64,000 bases of DNA, from contig CAJINV010000003.1 of NCBI GenBank assembly GCA_905178155.1, forward strand, positions 8,313,117 through 8,377,116, read 5' to 3'. The notes beneath the pieces were generated by a model, which was not told the DNA's origin, searched no databases, and saw only the letters and a list, made by a program, of their open reading frames with translations. Numbering within the stretch: position 1 is the stretch's first letter; every line of letters begins with the position of its first letter. Positions 41,008 to 53,119 of the stretch are shown piece by piece. The position numbers were made by a program, and so were the translations under genes. The stretch is from Amoebophrya sp. A120. Lineage: Eukaryota; Protista; Dinoflagellata.

Positions 41008-44000
41008 ATGGGGTGGAGTATTCGTTTTGATCACGTATACGTTCTCTGTCTGCTTTGCTTGCACTCCTTCGCATGGTACAACAGCACTTTCAACAGTGGA
41101 GGTTTCTCTGCTGGTTTCTGCCCTGCTACTTTTGTTGCGCGTGCAGCGTCGGTTCAGCAGCCCGAGAGACGCGATGGTGAGTCGCAGCGCCCGTTCAGAC
41201 GAAGCAGCAATGTTAGAAGCACGACTCGAGATGACAGAGAGGGACCGGGTGCTGCTGACGGAACGGCGGAAGAGCAGCAGGTTGAGGATCGATGGCTAGC
41301 TGAGCACCTGCAGCAGCTGGAAATAAACGACGAGGCTGTGCTGGCGCATAGAGCAGGCAGAGCCTACGCAGCGGATCATGTCAGCGGTCGCTCATCATCT
41401 TACGCTCCTGTTGAGATGTATGAAGACGATCAGCTAGATTCGCTCGTTAGGGGCAATGGCACCTCCGACCCCGTGATCGTCCCGGGAGGGAGTCTTCTGA
41501 CTGAGTTTCAGGATGCTTTGTTCCAGTACTTTTTTCGAGATATCGAGGACATTCTCCAGCAACCGGAGGGAGGCGCCGGGACAGGAGCAGGAGGTGGAGA
41601 CAGCAGAATCACGAACGAATCCTCGGTGCAAGACTTGGAAGACCGAGCTCCACTTGCCTTCCATGTGGGCGATTGCACACAGTGTGTGATCTATCGTTCG
41701 AAAAAAATGTTCGACTGGTGTAAGAGTTTTGCACGATTTGCATCCGACGTTTGTTTTACATGACACCAAAGGTTGTTCCGGAGGAAAGACACGGCCCAAA
41801 AAGGCTCATATTTAAGTTTAACGACATTTTTTTCTTTCGATATGATCTGTATCGGAGAGTTCCCGGAGCCCAAGGAGTTCCAGAGTTCATCATGCAGTTC
41901 GGCGAACGGCAAAAATGGTTCGACTTCGAGTTCGACACGAATCCTGGCCGACTTGGAGGAAGACGAATGCTGTCGGTCCGAGGCTGCCGCCCCTGAGGGC
42001 GGCGATACAGCCAGTGAAGCAGCTGCAAAAGGTGTGTCCGGCTCTGGCAAGAAGACATGCTCCTCCTGCCGAGTACTAGGAACGACTCCGGGAAACACAA
42101 ATAAAGGGCTACAAGTAGAAAAAGAGGACCACCCGCCGCCCAAATCGCTTAGTGCCGCAAAAAATGTGAGTAGCCTACGAGATGACCACGTCGATGCAGC
42201 GGGCAGAACCAGAAGCTCCTGCTCCAGCAAGGCAGCGATAAATTTCTACCAAGATGTCACGTCAGGACGGCCTGAACCGCCGGTCGCGAGGAGTCCGAAG
42301 GGCATCAGTAGTACAGATGGAGTTCTTGCTTGTCCACTTGCAGCGACGTCCGGATTTTCAGAGGTGGACGAAGAAGACGCGGCTTCGTCGCCGGGAGCTG
42401 GGCCCTCCAGCAGTACAGCGGCGAACCCAGATAAGTTCAAAAAAATGATTGACCTGCGCTGCATGCCGGGTCGCCCCGGTCACCTCTTCCATTCGGAATG
42501 CCTGTACACGTGGCTCCACAAGTGCATCGAAGAAGAGATGAGCCGATACAATGCACAGGCCGACGAACGGCGAGGGTTCTTGGAAACGACCACCGCACGT
42601 TGCCCGGTATGCCGGCAGCAGATTTCCCGGGAAGCGACCGTGGACCTGCTGGACCTGGCCCATGCAGAGGGCCGCCAGAAAAAGGAGTTTCGCGAGGTGG
42701 AAAACTCTTTCCTGGAGGAATTTTGTCTGAAAGAAGCGGAGGGTCAGCTGGCAGCCGTTGCGCAGATTGACGCGCAGCTGACGGCACTAGCAGCGGACCA
42801 CCAGAGCACCTCCGGCTCGTTGCTACTAGGAGGTGCAGCTGGGTCCACAGGGGCCTCTTTCGCGAGCTCACGCTGCAGTGGCAGCGGCCGTGGCGGGTCA
42901 TCTTTTTCCGCGGCGACGCTTCCATTGCCCTACAGCTTTTGTGGCACAAACTACACGACTTCGGTGGACGGTGCGGCTGCACCCATGATATCCAGTCGAC
43001 AGCAGCATTTAGGGCGGAAAAATCGGCAAATAGCATCATTTTTGTGAGCGCGCATTTTGGGGGGGCAAAAAAATTATGGCTGTTGGGGGTGTCGCTACTG
43101 CTTTTTTTCCTGTTGGCCATTTAGATGCTGGCGCCACTCTTCGTTGCCACGGTCCGCCATCCGGCCCCCCCCTTTTTGAAATAAAACCACAGCACTTTGT
43201 TGCAGTTGCACAGGCCTGCGGCCCTCTGGCGCCGGAAGCCGCGCCCCCTCTCCCACATCCAGTTCCGGACGCGCCCAGATATCTTCTCATCTTCCCTCTC
43301 CGGCCGGATATTGAGAAGGCGGACGCGCCAGCAGTCAAGTGCTTCCGGGGGGGGGTGCCGAAGGGGGGGGGTAAGGGGGTCCGCTTGGGCTGCCTCTGGG
43401 CTACCATTTTGGGGCACGCAAAATCGGCAGTTTCCAATGGGGATTAGGGGGTCGGCATAGGCTACCGAAAGGGTACCCGGAAGGGGTACCCGGAAGGGGT
43501 GTCCGGGAGGGGCAAAAATGCACCCCCCTGACCACCCCCCCTGGCCGGGCCTCCTTTTCTGGGCGAAGGGCCTCGTCGAGCCCCGGTCACGGAGGCGGCC
43601 CGGCCACTTTTCGAAGAGCGGGCCCAAGACAAAGCGTCCGGCCATCTGAACGACAAGGCACAGAACGAAGGCGCTGTGGCCTGCTTCTGGTCCTGGTGTT
43701 GCGGCATTTCCAAAGCTCAGCCATCATGTTTCCTGTGGAAAAGATGAAGTGACACGCGAGGCGTGTCGGCTTCCAAGATGTTGCGCCCCCAACAAAAAAA
43801 AAGTTTTTACCCCCCCAAAAAGTGCGCTGGCAAAAATGATGCTATTTGCCGATTTTTCCGCCCTAAAGCATGCTGCTGGTCTCGCGCAACAGCAGCGGAT
43901 GAGAAAAACGGTTCTCCCGAAGTACCGGAACGCGCTGCAGTTCTTCAAGACGAGCCTGAAGTACAAGAGCGGTGGCCGCACGCGGCGGCGGATTTGCGAG

Positions 44001-44231
44001 GTTGTCTTGGATGCCACACTGTGGGCCTGTCGCAACGGGCAGGAACGCGACGGGATGGAGCTTCTCGACGACCATTTACTAATGGCGAAAGAGGTGGACG
44101 CCGAGGCTCTGCGGTGGCAGTCCTTTCTGCGGAACTCAGTCGCCTACGCAGATCGGTTCGAGGATGCGCGGGAACGGTGTGAGGCCGCCGTGGAGTTGCG
44201 CACCAAGAAAAAACTATCGACGGGGAAGTGA
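41008..44231 (+). CDS. RING-H2 finger protein (putative E3 ligase) with hydrophobic N-terminus
   Basis: CVICIGEF (after splicing) ... LRCMPGRPGHLFHSECLYTWL ... CPVCR. ORFs 40996, 41773 and 43749 are joined in frame by two introners. Confidence 0.8.
41692..41842 (+). mobile_element. Introner splitting the first RING CxxC
   Basis: TATCGTTCGAAAAAAATGT / ACATTTTTTTCTTTCGATA. TSD TGATC at 41687-41691 and 41843-41847. Removal restores CVIC. Confidence 0.92.
43009..43866 (+). mobile_element. Long introner/MITE with TTA...TAA ends
   Basis: 36-bp perfect TIR TTAGGGCGGAAAAATCGGCAAATAGCATCATTTTTG, imperfect out to about 85 bp. TSD AGCAT at 43004-43008 and 43867-43871. Removing 863 nt is in frame (SRQQH|AAGLAQ). 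Confidence 0.93.
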
Positions 44232-44750
44232 GTGGTCCTCTTTCCGGCTGCTGCTAGTCCTAACAGAAAAGCCAGGCAGCTCTCTTGTGGATTTCCCTGA
44301 AGATGTGCTGTTCTTTCTGTGATGCAAAACGCCCGACCAGCAAAAATCACTCCAGACTGCATGGAGTTGCGTGATCTTCGGTGTGCTTTTTGCATGACAA
44401 AACAGCAACAGTGGATCAACGCAAATCTGCACGGCAGGCTTTGACTTTTTCTTGCTAGAAGCAGCAGTGCCTCGTCCAGTCGCTCGCTTTCCCTCTATAA
44501 AAGCACCTCGACCAGCTCGTCGAAAATGCAGAATATCAAGATGAAAAATCTCCTTCCCCATATTCAAAATGGGAAAGTCTCTAAATTTGTGATGCAGGTT
44601 TGTGCACACGAGTCGTTTTGCAGCGAAGCATGTTTGATCTTGTACGGATGCGAAGCCTGCGTAGCTAGTACAGTTCCTTCTAGCTGCTCTTCGCCATGCC
44701 AGATGCCTCCGCTGTACATTTAGCCGAGCGCATGACCTCGCTTTCCCTTT

Positions 44751-47700
44751 GTGCACTGCAAGTTGGCTTGCCTACGCGAAGGCAAATACAGCAGCAGAGC
44801 TTTATTCCTTCTGAGTAGGTTGGGGAGAAGGATTTTTTCTCCCGATGCCGAGGCTATTTTCGCAAAATACGCCGCGAGGGACGTGCGGGCGGCTATGTTG
44901 ACGCTGCGGCTAGCACACTTTCTTACCCCGGACGAGGCTGCTGAAGGGCCGCAGCAGGCGCGCGGGTCGGTAACCTCCCGCCGACCTCCTGCACAGGACT
45001 CCGGAGTGGGACCTCGAGGCAGTGGCGTAAACCTTTCTCTTGCCGATCATGATAATCTTCATGGCGTACTACAGCACCCATGGCACCATCAGCAAGACGA
45101 AGACAGCTTGCCAGCAGAGGACGCCGGCGACACAATCTTTGCCCAGGAGGAAACATTCGTCACAGAAGCGCAGCAAATGGCAACGACGCTAGATGCAGTG
45201 GCTTCTACCGAAGTCGAGCTTGATCCCCGGACGAGGGGGATCGACCTGCCATCCTCTTTTGCTCGATCCACCTATGGTCCTTCGTGGGAGGGTTCCGATA
45301 GCAGCTCCGCAGAGCTGCTACAGGATGTTGCTGGAGGAGGGGCACCAGCTGCAGCGGCAACAGCATCGGTCTACTCTGCAGCAGACCGTAGGTCAACACA
45401 AAAGGAAAACAGAGTTCCGATCTTTACGATTGGTGTTGACGACAGGGAGGACCACGCGGAGGACGAAAGCTTTGATGACCAGGCGGGAGCGCAAGCCGTC
45501 GCGGATGCGTTTGTTGCTGATGTTGCTTCCAACTTTCCCCACGCGATCCGCCATAGTATGGTCGAGGAGACTACAGCTACACCAGATGAAGAAGTGCGAG
45601 CGAGCATCGTGAGCAATCTGATGAGTCACGAAACCGTGCCTGCATCGTCGTACCTTCCTCCAGGAGCAGTGAAAAATAGTAGTTCCACTCTTTTTACTGG
45701 TCGTGATGGGCTTGTTGGCCTTGACCATGCGCTTCCTTTTACGCGGAGCGTCAGTGCGGAAACTTCGAACCCAGGCGGGGAGCCCGGTGCCATCACAAAA
45801 AAAGGAAACTTGCAGCAGGTGCATCGGGTGTTTTCGGCGCTTCTACTGGCCTTGGAAGCCCCCAGTTCAACGGAGATCCCCAGCATTCTGACCGTGCAAC
45901 TGGCCGCCAGGGTACGGCTCGCGCTTCTAGAACACACCGACGCGGTCCGCTTCGAGGCCGAGGGACCGCGGTCCGCCAGTAATATGAAAGCGAAGTGGGC
46001 CAGAGAGACGGAGATCAATCAGCAGTCGTTGGCAAATTTTCGCGATGCCAATAATTGCACGGCGAGTGGTGCTGGCGCTACTTGTTGGGCGGAGAGCGCC
46101 CGTTGTGATGCCTGCGATGGATCCGCAGATAGTCTCGCTCGAGGGGTAAGGCCCTCAGAAAAGGACGCATGGTTACGAAGTCACACGACCAGGCGCATGT
46201 ATGGCGGAAACAGCGTCGTGGCGTCTGCAGCTGAAGAATTCCAAGAATGGTCCTCTGCTGCGGACCGTATCGAGGCAGACTTGTGCGGAAGAAGTTCGGA
46301 ATCCCTGTCGCCAGCCGGAGCCAGATGTAGTCGGGCGGCTGGTGCCCCCGCTGCGGCACCAGCAGCAACCACGCAGTCCTCCGCATTGCGTCTTGATCAC
46401 CGTCGACGAGGGAGCACAGATGAAGAAAGCGTAATGCACGAGTCTGCTCCGCGTCCGCTTGGGAGCACCAAAGACAAAGAAGGACGCAAAGACGGTGGGG
46501 CCGCGGAAATGCCGAGCGGGCGAGTGGTATGGCAGTGTCAGGTGGGAATAAGTCGTCAAATTTTTACAAGAATCGTGAAAAATAAAAAATGTGGTGTGCA
46601 ATCATGATGCCTGTCGGCTCCATAATTTCTATACCGGCACATGACCAATTTTGATTGTTGACACTCGGAGCGAGTCTGCCGCCATGGTTCTTCTGTGTGG
46701 AGCAATAAAAGGGGCTTCTCCACCATCTAGGATGGTCTTTCGAGACCCCATCCTGGCCCGTAGTCGGGGTTGCAATCGGCCTCCTTGCTTTGCCTGCTGT
46801 GCTTTCCAATATTACAAACATTTTGTGAGCATTTCCTCGCGATCTTCTTGTGGCATGACCAATGAATCGCAGAAAGATGCTGTGCGGGTTGCGTTTGTTG
46901 TGGCGGTCGGTTTAGCATGGCGGCTTCTATGTGTTGTTCGATGATTTTCCGCCTGGCGCTTTCATAAACCGCGAGCAAGAATGCCTGGGTGTCGGAGAAG
47001 GCGGCCTCTCAGAGCCCGGATAGTTACCAGGATCGTCAGACTTTCTTTCTCGAAGCCAGGGCCAAGTACGAAAAGCTCATTGCGAGGTATAAGGAGCTTC
47101 TGCACGGAATTGAGTCGTCCCCACAGGCTGCCAGGCCGCTTTTCAATTACGATCCGGAAGACGACCGACCCGGTCGCAGCCTCATCCATCAAGTTGGAAA
47201 CTTTGTAAAGGGCGCAGCTGCGGCCGCGGATGGACAGGGCGCATTCTTTCTCGGCCGCACCGAAAGCCGATCGTCCGCATGTCGGGGCTTCGCTAGTACG
47301 CCCACTACAACATAGATAAAATCATGCTCCTTTCACTTTCTAAGATGCCTGTAGAACTTGCTGTGTGAGCGTTCCTTCGGTGGGCAAGTGTCGTTGGACA
47401 GATTCTGTTCACTTTGATTGGTTTTTGGAAAAAGATCATGTCATCGTCATCTGTATCACCCACAACTTGAAGAAATCTATGGCTATGCAAACAGGGGGAT
47501 CTCCTCCAGCAGGTGCAGGAGCCAGTGCGGCGGGTGGATTCTCTCTGAGTTGCAGCGGTGCAAGCGGAAACCGAAGTGGTGTGTCATCGACAAATTGGTC
47601 ACGACAAATTACGCCCGATGATCGATTGCCGCTGGCACGAAATGCCGACGGTTTGCCCAGCTGGTTCGGTTTTTCGGCTGGCAAATTGCGCCTCGCGCTA

Positions 47701-47922
47701 GAGCACGCCGAGTTTGAGCTTGAGCGGCTGATTATCAGCCGCGTGGCCGACACTATGGAATATTCGCAAATGCTTTTCGAAAAGGCCGCTGACCTGCTAG
47801 CGCAACTTCCACGGGTGCCACAATTGGAGAAGGTTCTGATTGGTGCTGCCCTGATACATGATTTTTACTGCTTTGAAGTCTTCTTCATACATGAACACGC
47901 TCTATACAACAACGCTTGTTAG
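44751..47922 (+). CDS. Hypothetical protein (multi-exon)
   Basis: The 618-aa ORF joins ORF 46989 in frame via introner 46528-46966. The link to ORF 47365 is unresolved and the start is uncertain. No domain recognised. Confidence 0.55.
46528..46966 (+). mobile_element. Old introner (TSD lost, stem kept)
   Basis: TATGGCAGTGTCAGGTGGGA pairs with TTCCGCCTGGCGCTTTCATA (14 Watson-Crick + 5 G-U of 20). Element + 5 = 444 nt, in frame. Confidence 0.78.
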
Positions 47923-48088
47923 CCGGTGATGTGAATTACAATCACCTACTTAGTTACATACATGTGTAAATGTAATAAAAATAATGTCGTGGATGCCGAT
48001 GCGAAATGTAATAATGACGTGTGTCTGTCCTACGTCCGTGTCCTGACACACACCAGACGTTGACATACTGTGTCAGTCACAGTCCTCC

Positions 48089-50665
48089 TTGACCAACAAG
48101 AAAGGAAAAAATGAACCTCACCAGATGCCCTCGCAAGAGATGCATTTGATCATCGAGGAGGAGCCTGTCCCGCTATGTGGCGGCACCAGCGCGCTGACAT
48201 CGCGGGGGAGCAGAGAGTTGCAGATCCGGGATCCGGAGGACGGTGCAGTGCTTCATCGGATGCCCTTCTCGACCTCCGAGTCGAGCGCGAAGACGCACGC
48301 ACGGTTCGCGCTCTCTTTCAACGTGGACCAGATGCGAGAATCTTATGAAGAGCAGCAAGGGCGGGGGGGGCACGAGGACACTGGATCTAGTCCGTCGTTT
48401 CTGCCTCCGACAAGAAATAGTACTGTGCATGAAGTAGGTGCTGTAGTCGTGTCGGGGGTGTCGACAGGAAATCTTGCGGGCGGTGTACCAAATGACGCGG
48501 AGGCAGCCGGAGCAAGACCAGCGACGGGTAGTACGTTGTCGATACTAGGTGGAGCGAGGAATCTTGACTCGCAGGGGGCGGGAAGTACTAAGTACCCGTC
48601 ATCAAGTCGTAATATGGCAGCCGCCGGTGTGATGGCATTTATTGAAGGAGAAGACGAGCAGCTTGAAGGTAACCACACGCTAAGAACAGCCACAGCAGCA
48701 GCACCAACGCGTAGGGCAGTAGGTAGCGACAACCGGCGCAACTCGAATGCGACTAGTGATAACTCTGCTTATTACACGGACATCGACATTGACCTGGACG
48801 ACAACGATCGCACAGCGGGTCAGCACTCGGTGTCTGTTGCGGACCACGCAGAACTAGATCGCCGGTCGGGGGCGCTGCCATCACACCAGACAGCCGCGTT
48901 ACGACATCACCGGGAGGAAATGCGTGAGCTAACTGTGTACGAGGCGGCAAATGCGCTGGCACAGAGCCTGTATGCGGAAACGTACAGGACTCTTAGCGAT
49001 ATTCGGTTTGACGAAGTGGAGCAAATAGCGGTGGCTCGAGCCAAGCGCGCCAAGCAGAACCGGAACCGGGCCGCAAAGCTGCGCACCCCGACGTCAAGCT
49101 GCCGCACGCCGCAGTCCTGCGCTGGCAGGACCCCCGGCGCGAGAAGCGGCCGCTCCTCCGGGGCGCAGACGCCGCGCGGTTCTTTCTCCTCGCGTTCAGA
49201 GATGTACCAGAGTCAGGCTTTCGCACAGAGCCGTGGCGCGGTGGATGGTGGAAGTGTTGTACAACAGCACCTGGGCGGCGGCGCACCTAGTACATCGACC
49301 CTGCTTGTTTCACCCCCGTGGGACGGGGAATCTTCGTCACGGTCTCCAATCCTAGTCGCTGCGGAGCATGACGAAGCATCTGCCGGGAGTTCCGGGAACG
49401 TGATGAAAGCGGATAGTGTTGAGCTGCAGGAGGAGCAGGTGACTACAAAACCGTGCTATAATAATCTGGCGGAGGAGGTTCTTGCCGACGAGGAAGAGTC
49501 CGTGGAGCTATCCCTAGTCGGATTGAACAGTCCGGGCGGCACCTCGACCTCGGGTTTTTCATCCGCGAAGCAGAGCCCCGCGTTGGAATCAACTGACGAG
49601 CAGCTCCCTCATCTACCACAACCCGCTCGCCGCGCGGCGTTACTAGGGGACCGCAGAGGGACCGGTCTATCAAGCTCGAGCGCCATTAATATGCCCGAGC
49701 TAGTTTTGCCGGCACCACTCTTGTCGAGCTCCCCGCCGCCCACTATAGATCGCAGAATCAGAAGTGCAGCCGCAGAGAAGGAGAGTCAGGAGGAGCGAGG
49801 CATCAACATCATCTCCACCAAGCCCAAGGCGGGAAGTTTGCGTGGCCCTTCTTCATCTACTTCCAAAGACCACTTTTTTGGCGGGGTGCTGCTGAATTTC
49901 GACGAAATCAAAATGCAGATGACCTTTCGGGTCGTCGTACAATTCGAGGCCTGCGTGGGTGCGGGAAAAGCGGCTTTCGCCGCCAGCATGTACGCAGAAA
50001 GTGTGGAGTGGTGGACCCGCGCGGAAACGATCGTGTCGCAGACGTACCGTATGAGCATGAGGGGCGCGACGCGCGGCCCGGTGCTCTACCCCCCTTATTC
50101 CCTGCAGGCAGTGTCCGAGAAACTGCACGACGCCACCTCCTTGCGGCGCGTGCTTGTCGAGCAGGACCGTTTGAATCGCTTGGAGGCGGAGCGCGCAGAG
50201 CGACACAAACAGGAAGGATCCTCCCCCGCCTTGCTGCAAGCAGAGACATCACCTTCAGAGAGCGAGGACGTAGATGCCGGTAACTGCACGCCCGAAGGCA
50301 GTGGCAAAGGTCTCCTTCTAGAGGGTCGTCCACCCCGGGAGCAGGACCATATGAATACCGACGATGGAAGCTACTCCTACCAGCGCCAGCTATCGACGAC
50401 TCGCCAGACAGGCTCTCTTCTTCCCGTTTCAGATGCAAATACAAATAGTGCTGCAACTTCATCGTCTCCTGGCGCCCGTGGAGGGGGAGGACCGCAACGG
50501 CTCAGCCATGAAGTGGATGATCAAGTACAAGACGACTCCACCGTTCACTTCCCCCAGCAGCTGTTGCACAATGTTCGGCAAGCGGAACAGTTTTACCTTG
50601 ATGTGGATGACGATTATGATAATGCGCGGAGGGCCCCCCTACGCCTCCATTTTTCCAAAGGGTGA
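48089..50665 (+). CDS. Hypothetical low-complexity protein
   Basis: 858-aa ORF with the same Ser/Gly/Ala-rich style as its neighbours. First in-frame ATG at 48125. May splice on to 50714-52182. Confidence 0.6.
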   Translation: MTNKKGKNEPHQMPSQEMHLIIEEEPVPLCGGTSALTSRGSRELQIRDPEDGAVLHRMPFSTSESSAKTHARFALSFNVDQMRESYEEQQGRGGHEDTGSSPSFLPPTRNSTVHEVGAVVVSGVSTGNLAGGVPNDAEAAGARPATGSTLSILGGARNLDSQGAGSTKYPSSSRNMAAAGVMAFIEGEDEQLEGNHTLRTATAAAPTRRAVGSDNRRNSNATSDNSAYYTDIDIDLDDNDRTAGQHSVSVADHAELDRRSGALPSHQTAALRHHREEMRELTVYEAANALAQSLYAETYRTLSDIRFDEVEQIAVARAKRAKQNRNRAAKLRTPTSSCRTPQSCAGRTPGARSGRSSGAQTPRGSFSSRSEMYQSQAFAQSRGAVDGGSVVQQHLGGGAPSTSTLLVSPPWDGESSSRSPILVAAEHDEASAGSSGNVMKADSVELQEEQVTTKPCYNNLAEEVLADEEESVELSLVGLNSPGGTSTSGFSSAKQSPALESTDEQLPHLPQPARRAALLGDRRGTGLSSSSAINMPELVLPAPLLSSSPPPTIDRRIRSAAAEKESQEERGINIISTKPKAGSLRGPSSSTSKDHFFGGVLLNFDEIKMQMTFRVVVQFEACVGAGKAAFAASMYAESVEWWTRAETIVSQTYRMSMRGATRGPVLYPPYSLQAVSEKLHDATSLRRVLVEQDRLNRLEAERAERHKQEGSSPALLQAETSPSESEDVDAGNCTPEGSGKGLLLEGRPPREQDHMNTDDGSYSYQRQLSTTRQTGSLLPVSDANTNSAATSSSPGARGGGGPQRLSHEVDDQVQDDSTVHFPQQLLHNVRQAEQFYLDVDDDYDNARRAPLRLHFSKG

Positions 50666-50884
50666 TTAAGTATCAGTATGTAACTAAGTAAGTACGTAGC
50701 ACCAGAAGCCACGATGGGAGGTATCATGTACCTGCATGATCTCTTGTACAACTTGTTGCGCGTCAACTTCAACAAGACATCTGCGGCCGCGGTGCACGAT
50801 GACATATGGCACTGCTTCCGGGCGGCAGGTTGTTACTTACAACATGACTCACTGGCTCATGGTGCTATTGAATAAAAACAGCAG

Positions 50885-52182
50885 CATCTGCATGATCTGG
50901 TGGAAGGGTGCTTGCACTTTTGCATCGAGGATGGGGGAGCTGATGTGCACTTTGATAACGATGACCTTTCTTCGATGGCCTCGTCACCGGGTTGCCTATC
51001 CTGCGCAAAAGTATCGTACTCCTCGTATAATGATGTTCAACAGATATTTTTGAAATCTACAGGGTCGCTAAGGTTGTGTGTCACGACCATGCAGATCCAG
51101 ACAGATGCATGTTCATTCTTCATCGTGGTTGACTTTTCGTCCGTGTGTGGGTGGTACACTTTTGCATTGTACACCGTGTGACTCCCAGCGACTTCGGGGC
51201 CTGGTCCCGACAGATTTCACCGGGCCTGCAACCAGAGCTGCAGCTGTCTGCTGGTCATTTATTTCTCGGTGCTTCCCCGAGTGCGGGCCGCGGAACAGCA
51301 CGGGTAGGAGGTAGCGGACGATCCTTCCCTGAAGAAACTGGTACCCATTTTTTGCCATCCCCCCCTTCAGTAGAGGTGTCTTCATCTGCATCTCCCGCAG
51401 ATATTGATGCTCGGAGTACTACATCACCGCAAGAGGCCCCCGTCTCCTCAGCAGAAGTACAGCACCGAGCGCCCCCGCGGACTGCCTTGTCGTGGTTCGG
51501 AGCACTGCTCGGCCGCGGACGGCAGGAACCACTGCCTGCGAGTTCCCCATCTTTAGAAGGAAGAGCAGCCGCGGATCGAGTGGAAAATAGTACGCAGCAG
51601 TCTGTTGATGTACAACCGGCCACGAATCCAGCAACGGGGACTTCTGCATCGAACAACGCTGGTGTTTGTCGAAGCGGTCTACTTTTTGGGCGTGGCACGC
51701 TGGGTCGGGGGCCTCGTGGTGCAACTACATCCACGGCCGAAGGGACGACGAGCGCGGCCACCGCCACCAACTTGCGGAGAACTACAAAAAAGGAGCGGTT
51801 TTTGCGGCGCGAAGCGGAGCGGCGGTCCCAGAGCAAGTATTTGGTGCGGCAGCTGCTCGAGCAGATTGGCAAGCGCGTGGTCGAAGCCAAAGATATGCAG
51901 TATTTGCGAGCCGGCCTCAACTTGTTCGAGCATGCGATGGCCGCCAAGCCCTTCTCGAACTTCCAAGAGGACGAAGACTACCCGAAGCTGCTGCCCCTCA
52001 TACGCGAGCGACTGCGGGCAAACGGCGGTAATGTGGACGAGTGCATGGTCTGGCTGGGCGAGGTTGACAGCCTAATCGAGGACACAAAAGCGCCCTTTGA
52101 CGTTGTACTGTCGGTCCTCGAACGCTTTGGGGGGAACTTCGAGCAAGCAGAGCAGTGGCTAAATAACGCACCGGAATTTTGA
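50885..52182 (+). CDS. Hypothetical protein, 3' exons
   Basis: ORF 50900 joins ORF 51145 in frame through introner 50997-51173. Helical C-terminus (VLERFGGNFEQAEQWL) is UBA/CUE-like by eye. 5' end unresolved. Confidence 0.5.
50997..51173 (+). mobile_element. Introner, family C
   Basis: Left end TATCCTGCGCAAAAGTATCGTACTC is nearly the reverse complement of the ends at 10601 and 29622. Right end GTACACTTTTGCATTGTACA. TSD eroded; removal is in frame. Confidence 0.72.
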
Positions 52183-52364
52183 CCTCGGCTTCTATGTGCG
52201 TGGTAGATGAAGACTCGAAGCCGAATCAATAGTACGAATCATTATTGTAGATAGACGAGATCGCGAGTGCCATTCTCATCGTAGAATCGTAGACATTGAC
52301 ATAGTGATGCTTGACGGTCGGGGTCCTTTTAGCACCAGCACTTCGGAGTAAGTAATTAGCTATC

Positions 52365-52671
52365 TGTTAGGCAAGATATGAAATCCACCAGGATCATAAG
52401 CCAAGCAAATTCCCTACGACCTAAGTTGAATGCTCATTGAAATCAGGCTCTAAGTTTGTCGTTCAAATTTGGATCCAATGTGAAATCAGCATGTTCATAC
52501 AAATGAACAAGAATGAACTTCATTTTTGTTCATTTGTATGAACATGCTGATTTCACATTGGATCCAAATTTGAACGACAAACTTAGAGCCTGATTTCAAT
52601 GAACATTCAATTTAGGTCGTAGGGAATTTGCTTGGCTTATGATCCTGGTGGATTTCATATCTTGCCTAACA
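52365..52671. mobile_element. Foldback MITE: 307-bp near-perfect palindrome, intergenic
   Basis: 153-bp arms around C52518 with 3 mismatches. Termini TGTTAGGC...GCCTAACA. TSD CTATC at 52360-52364 and 52672-52676. Confidence 0.95.
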
Positions 52672-53119
52672 CTATCCTTATTGTACTAGAGAAGATGTTG
52701 GTTGCAAAAAGAACTCCCATGAATCTTGATCGTGGGAAGCCTTTAATTTTTTCTGCGGGCTGGAAAACTGCTGCGAGGTTCATTGATTCACAAAGGAAAT
52801 TGGGCGTGGGCTTCACTCACGACGGTTTCAGCCTGATACAATTTTCTAGAGACTACAGACAAAGTACATCAAAACTACATCGAATTTTTTCAGATATCAT
52901 GCAATAGGTATTAAGAAGTCAACATCAAGAATATCCATATCGGAGAAAGTGTTTCACCGTAACGACTAGCCTTATCCCGCTTCCCGTGTCCAGTAGCCTG
53001 CAGACTTAATAGTATTCCGCTAGATGAATAATAGCCCTCAGCGTTTCTCTGTGGAAAATCGTCGTCGGTGCTTCAGCACAGGCAGGCCCATCTGCCTGCT
53101 ATTTTCAAAGCGCCAGAAC

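Noticed and set aside
43009-43014. Telomeric TTAGGG
   Set aside because: A single copy that forms the tip of a TIR, not an array.
47301-47463. Candidate introner with CCCAC direct repeat
   Set aside because: No convincing TIR. Removing 158 nt leads to an immediate stop rather than to ORF 47365, so the junction is left unresolved.
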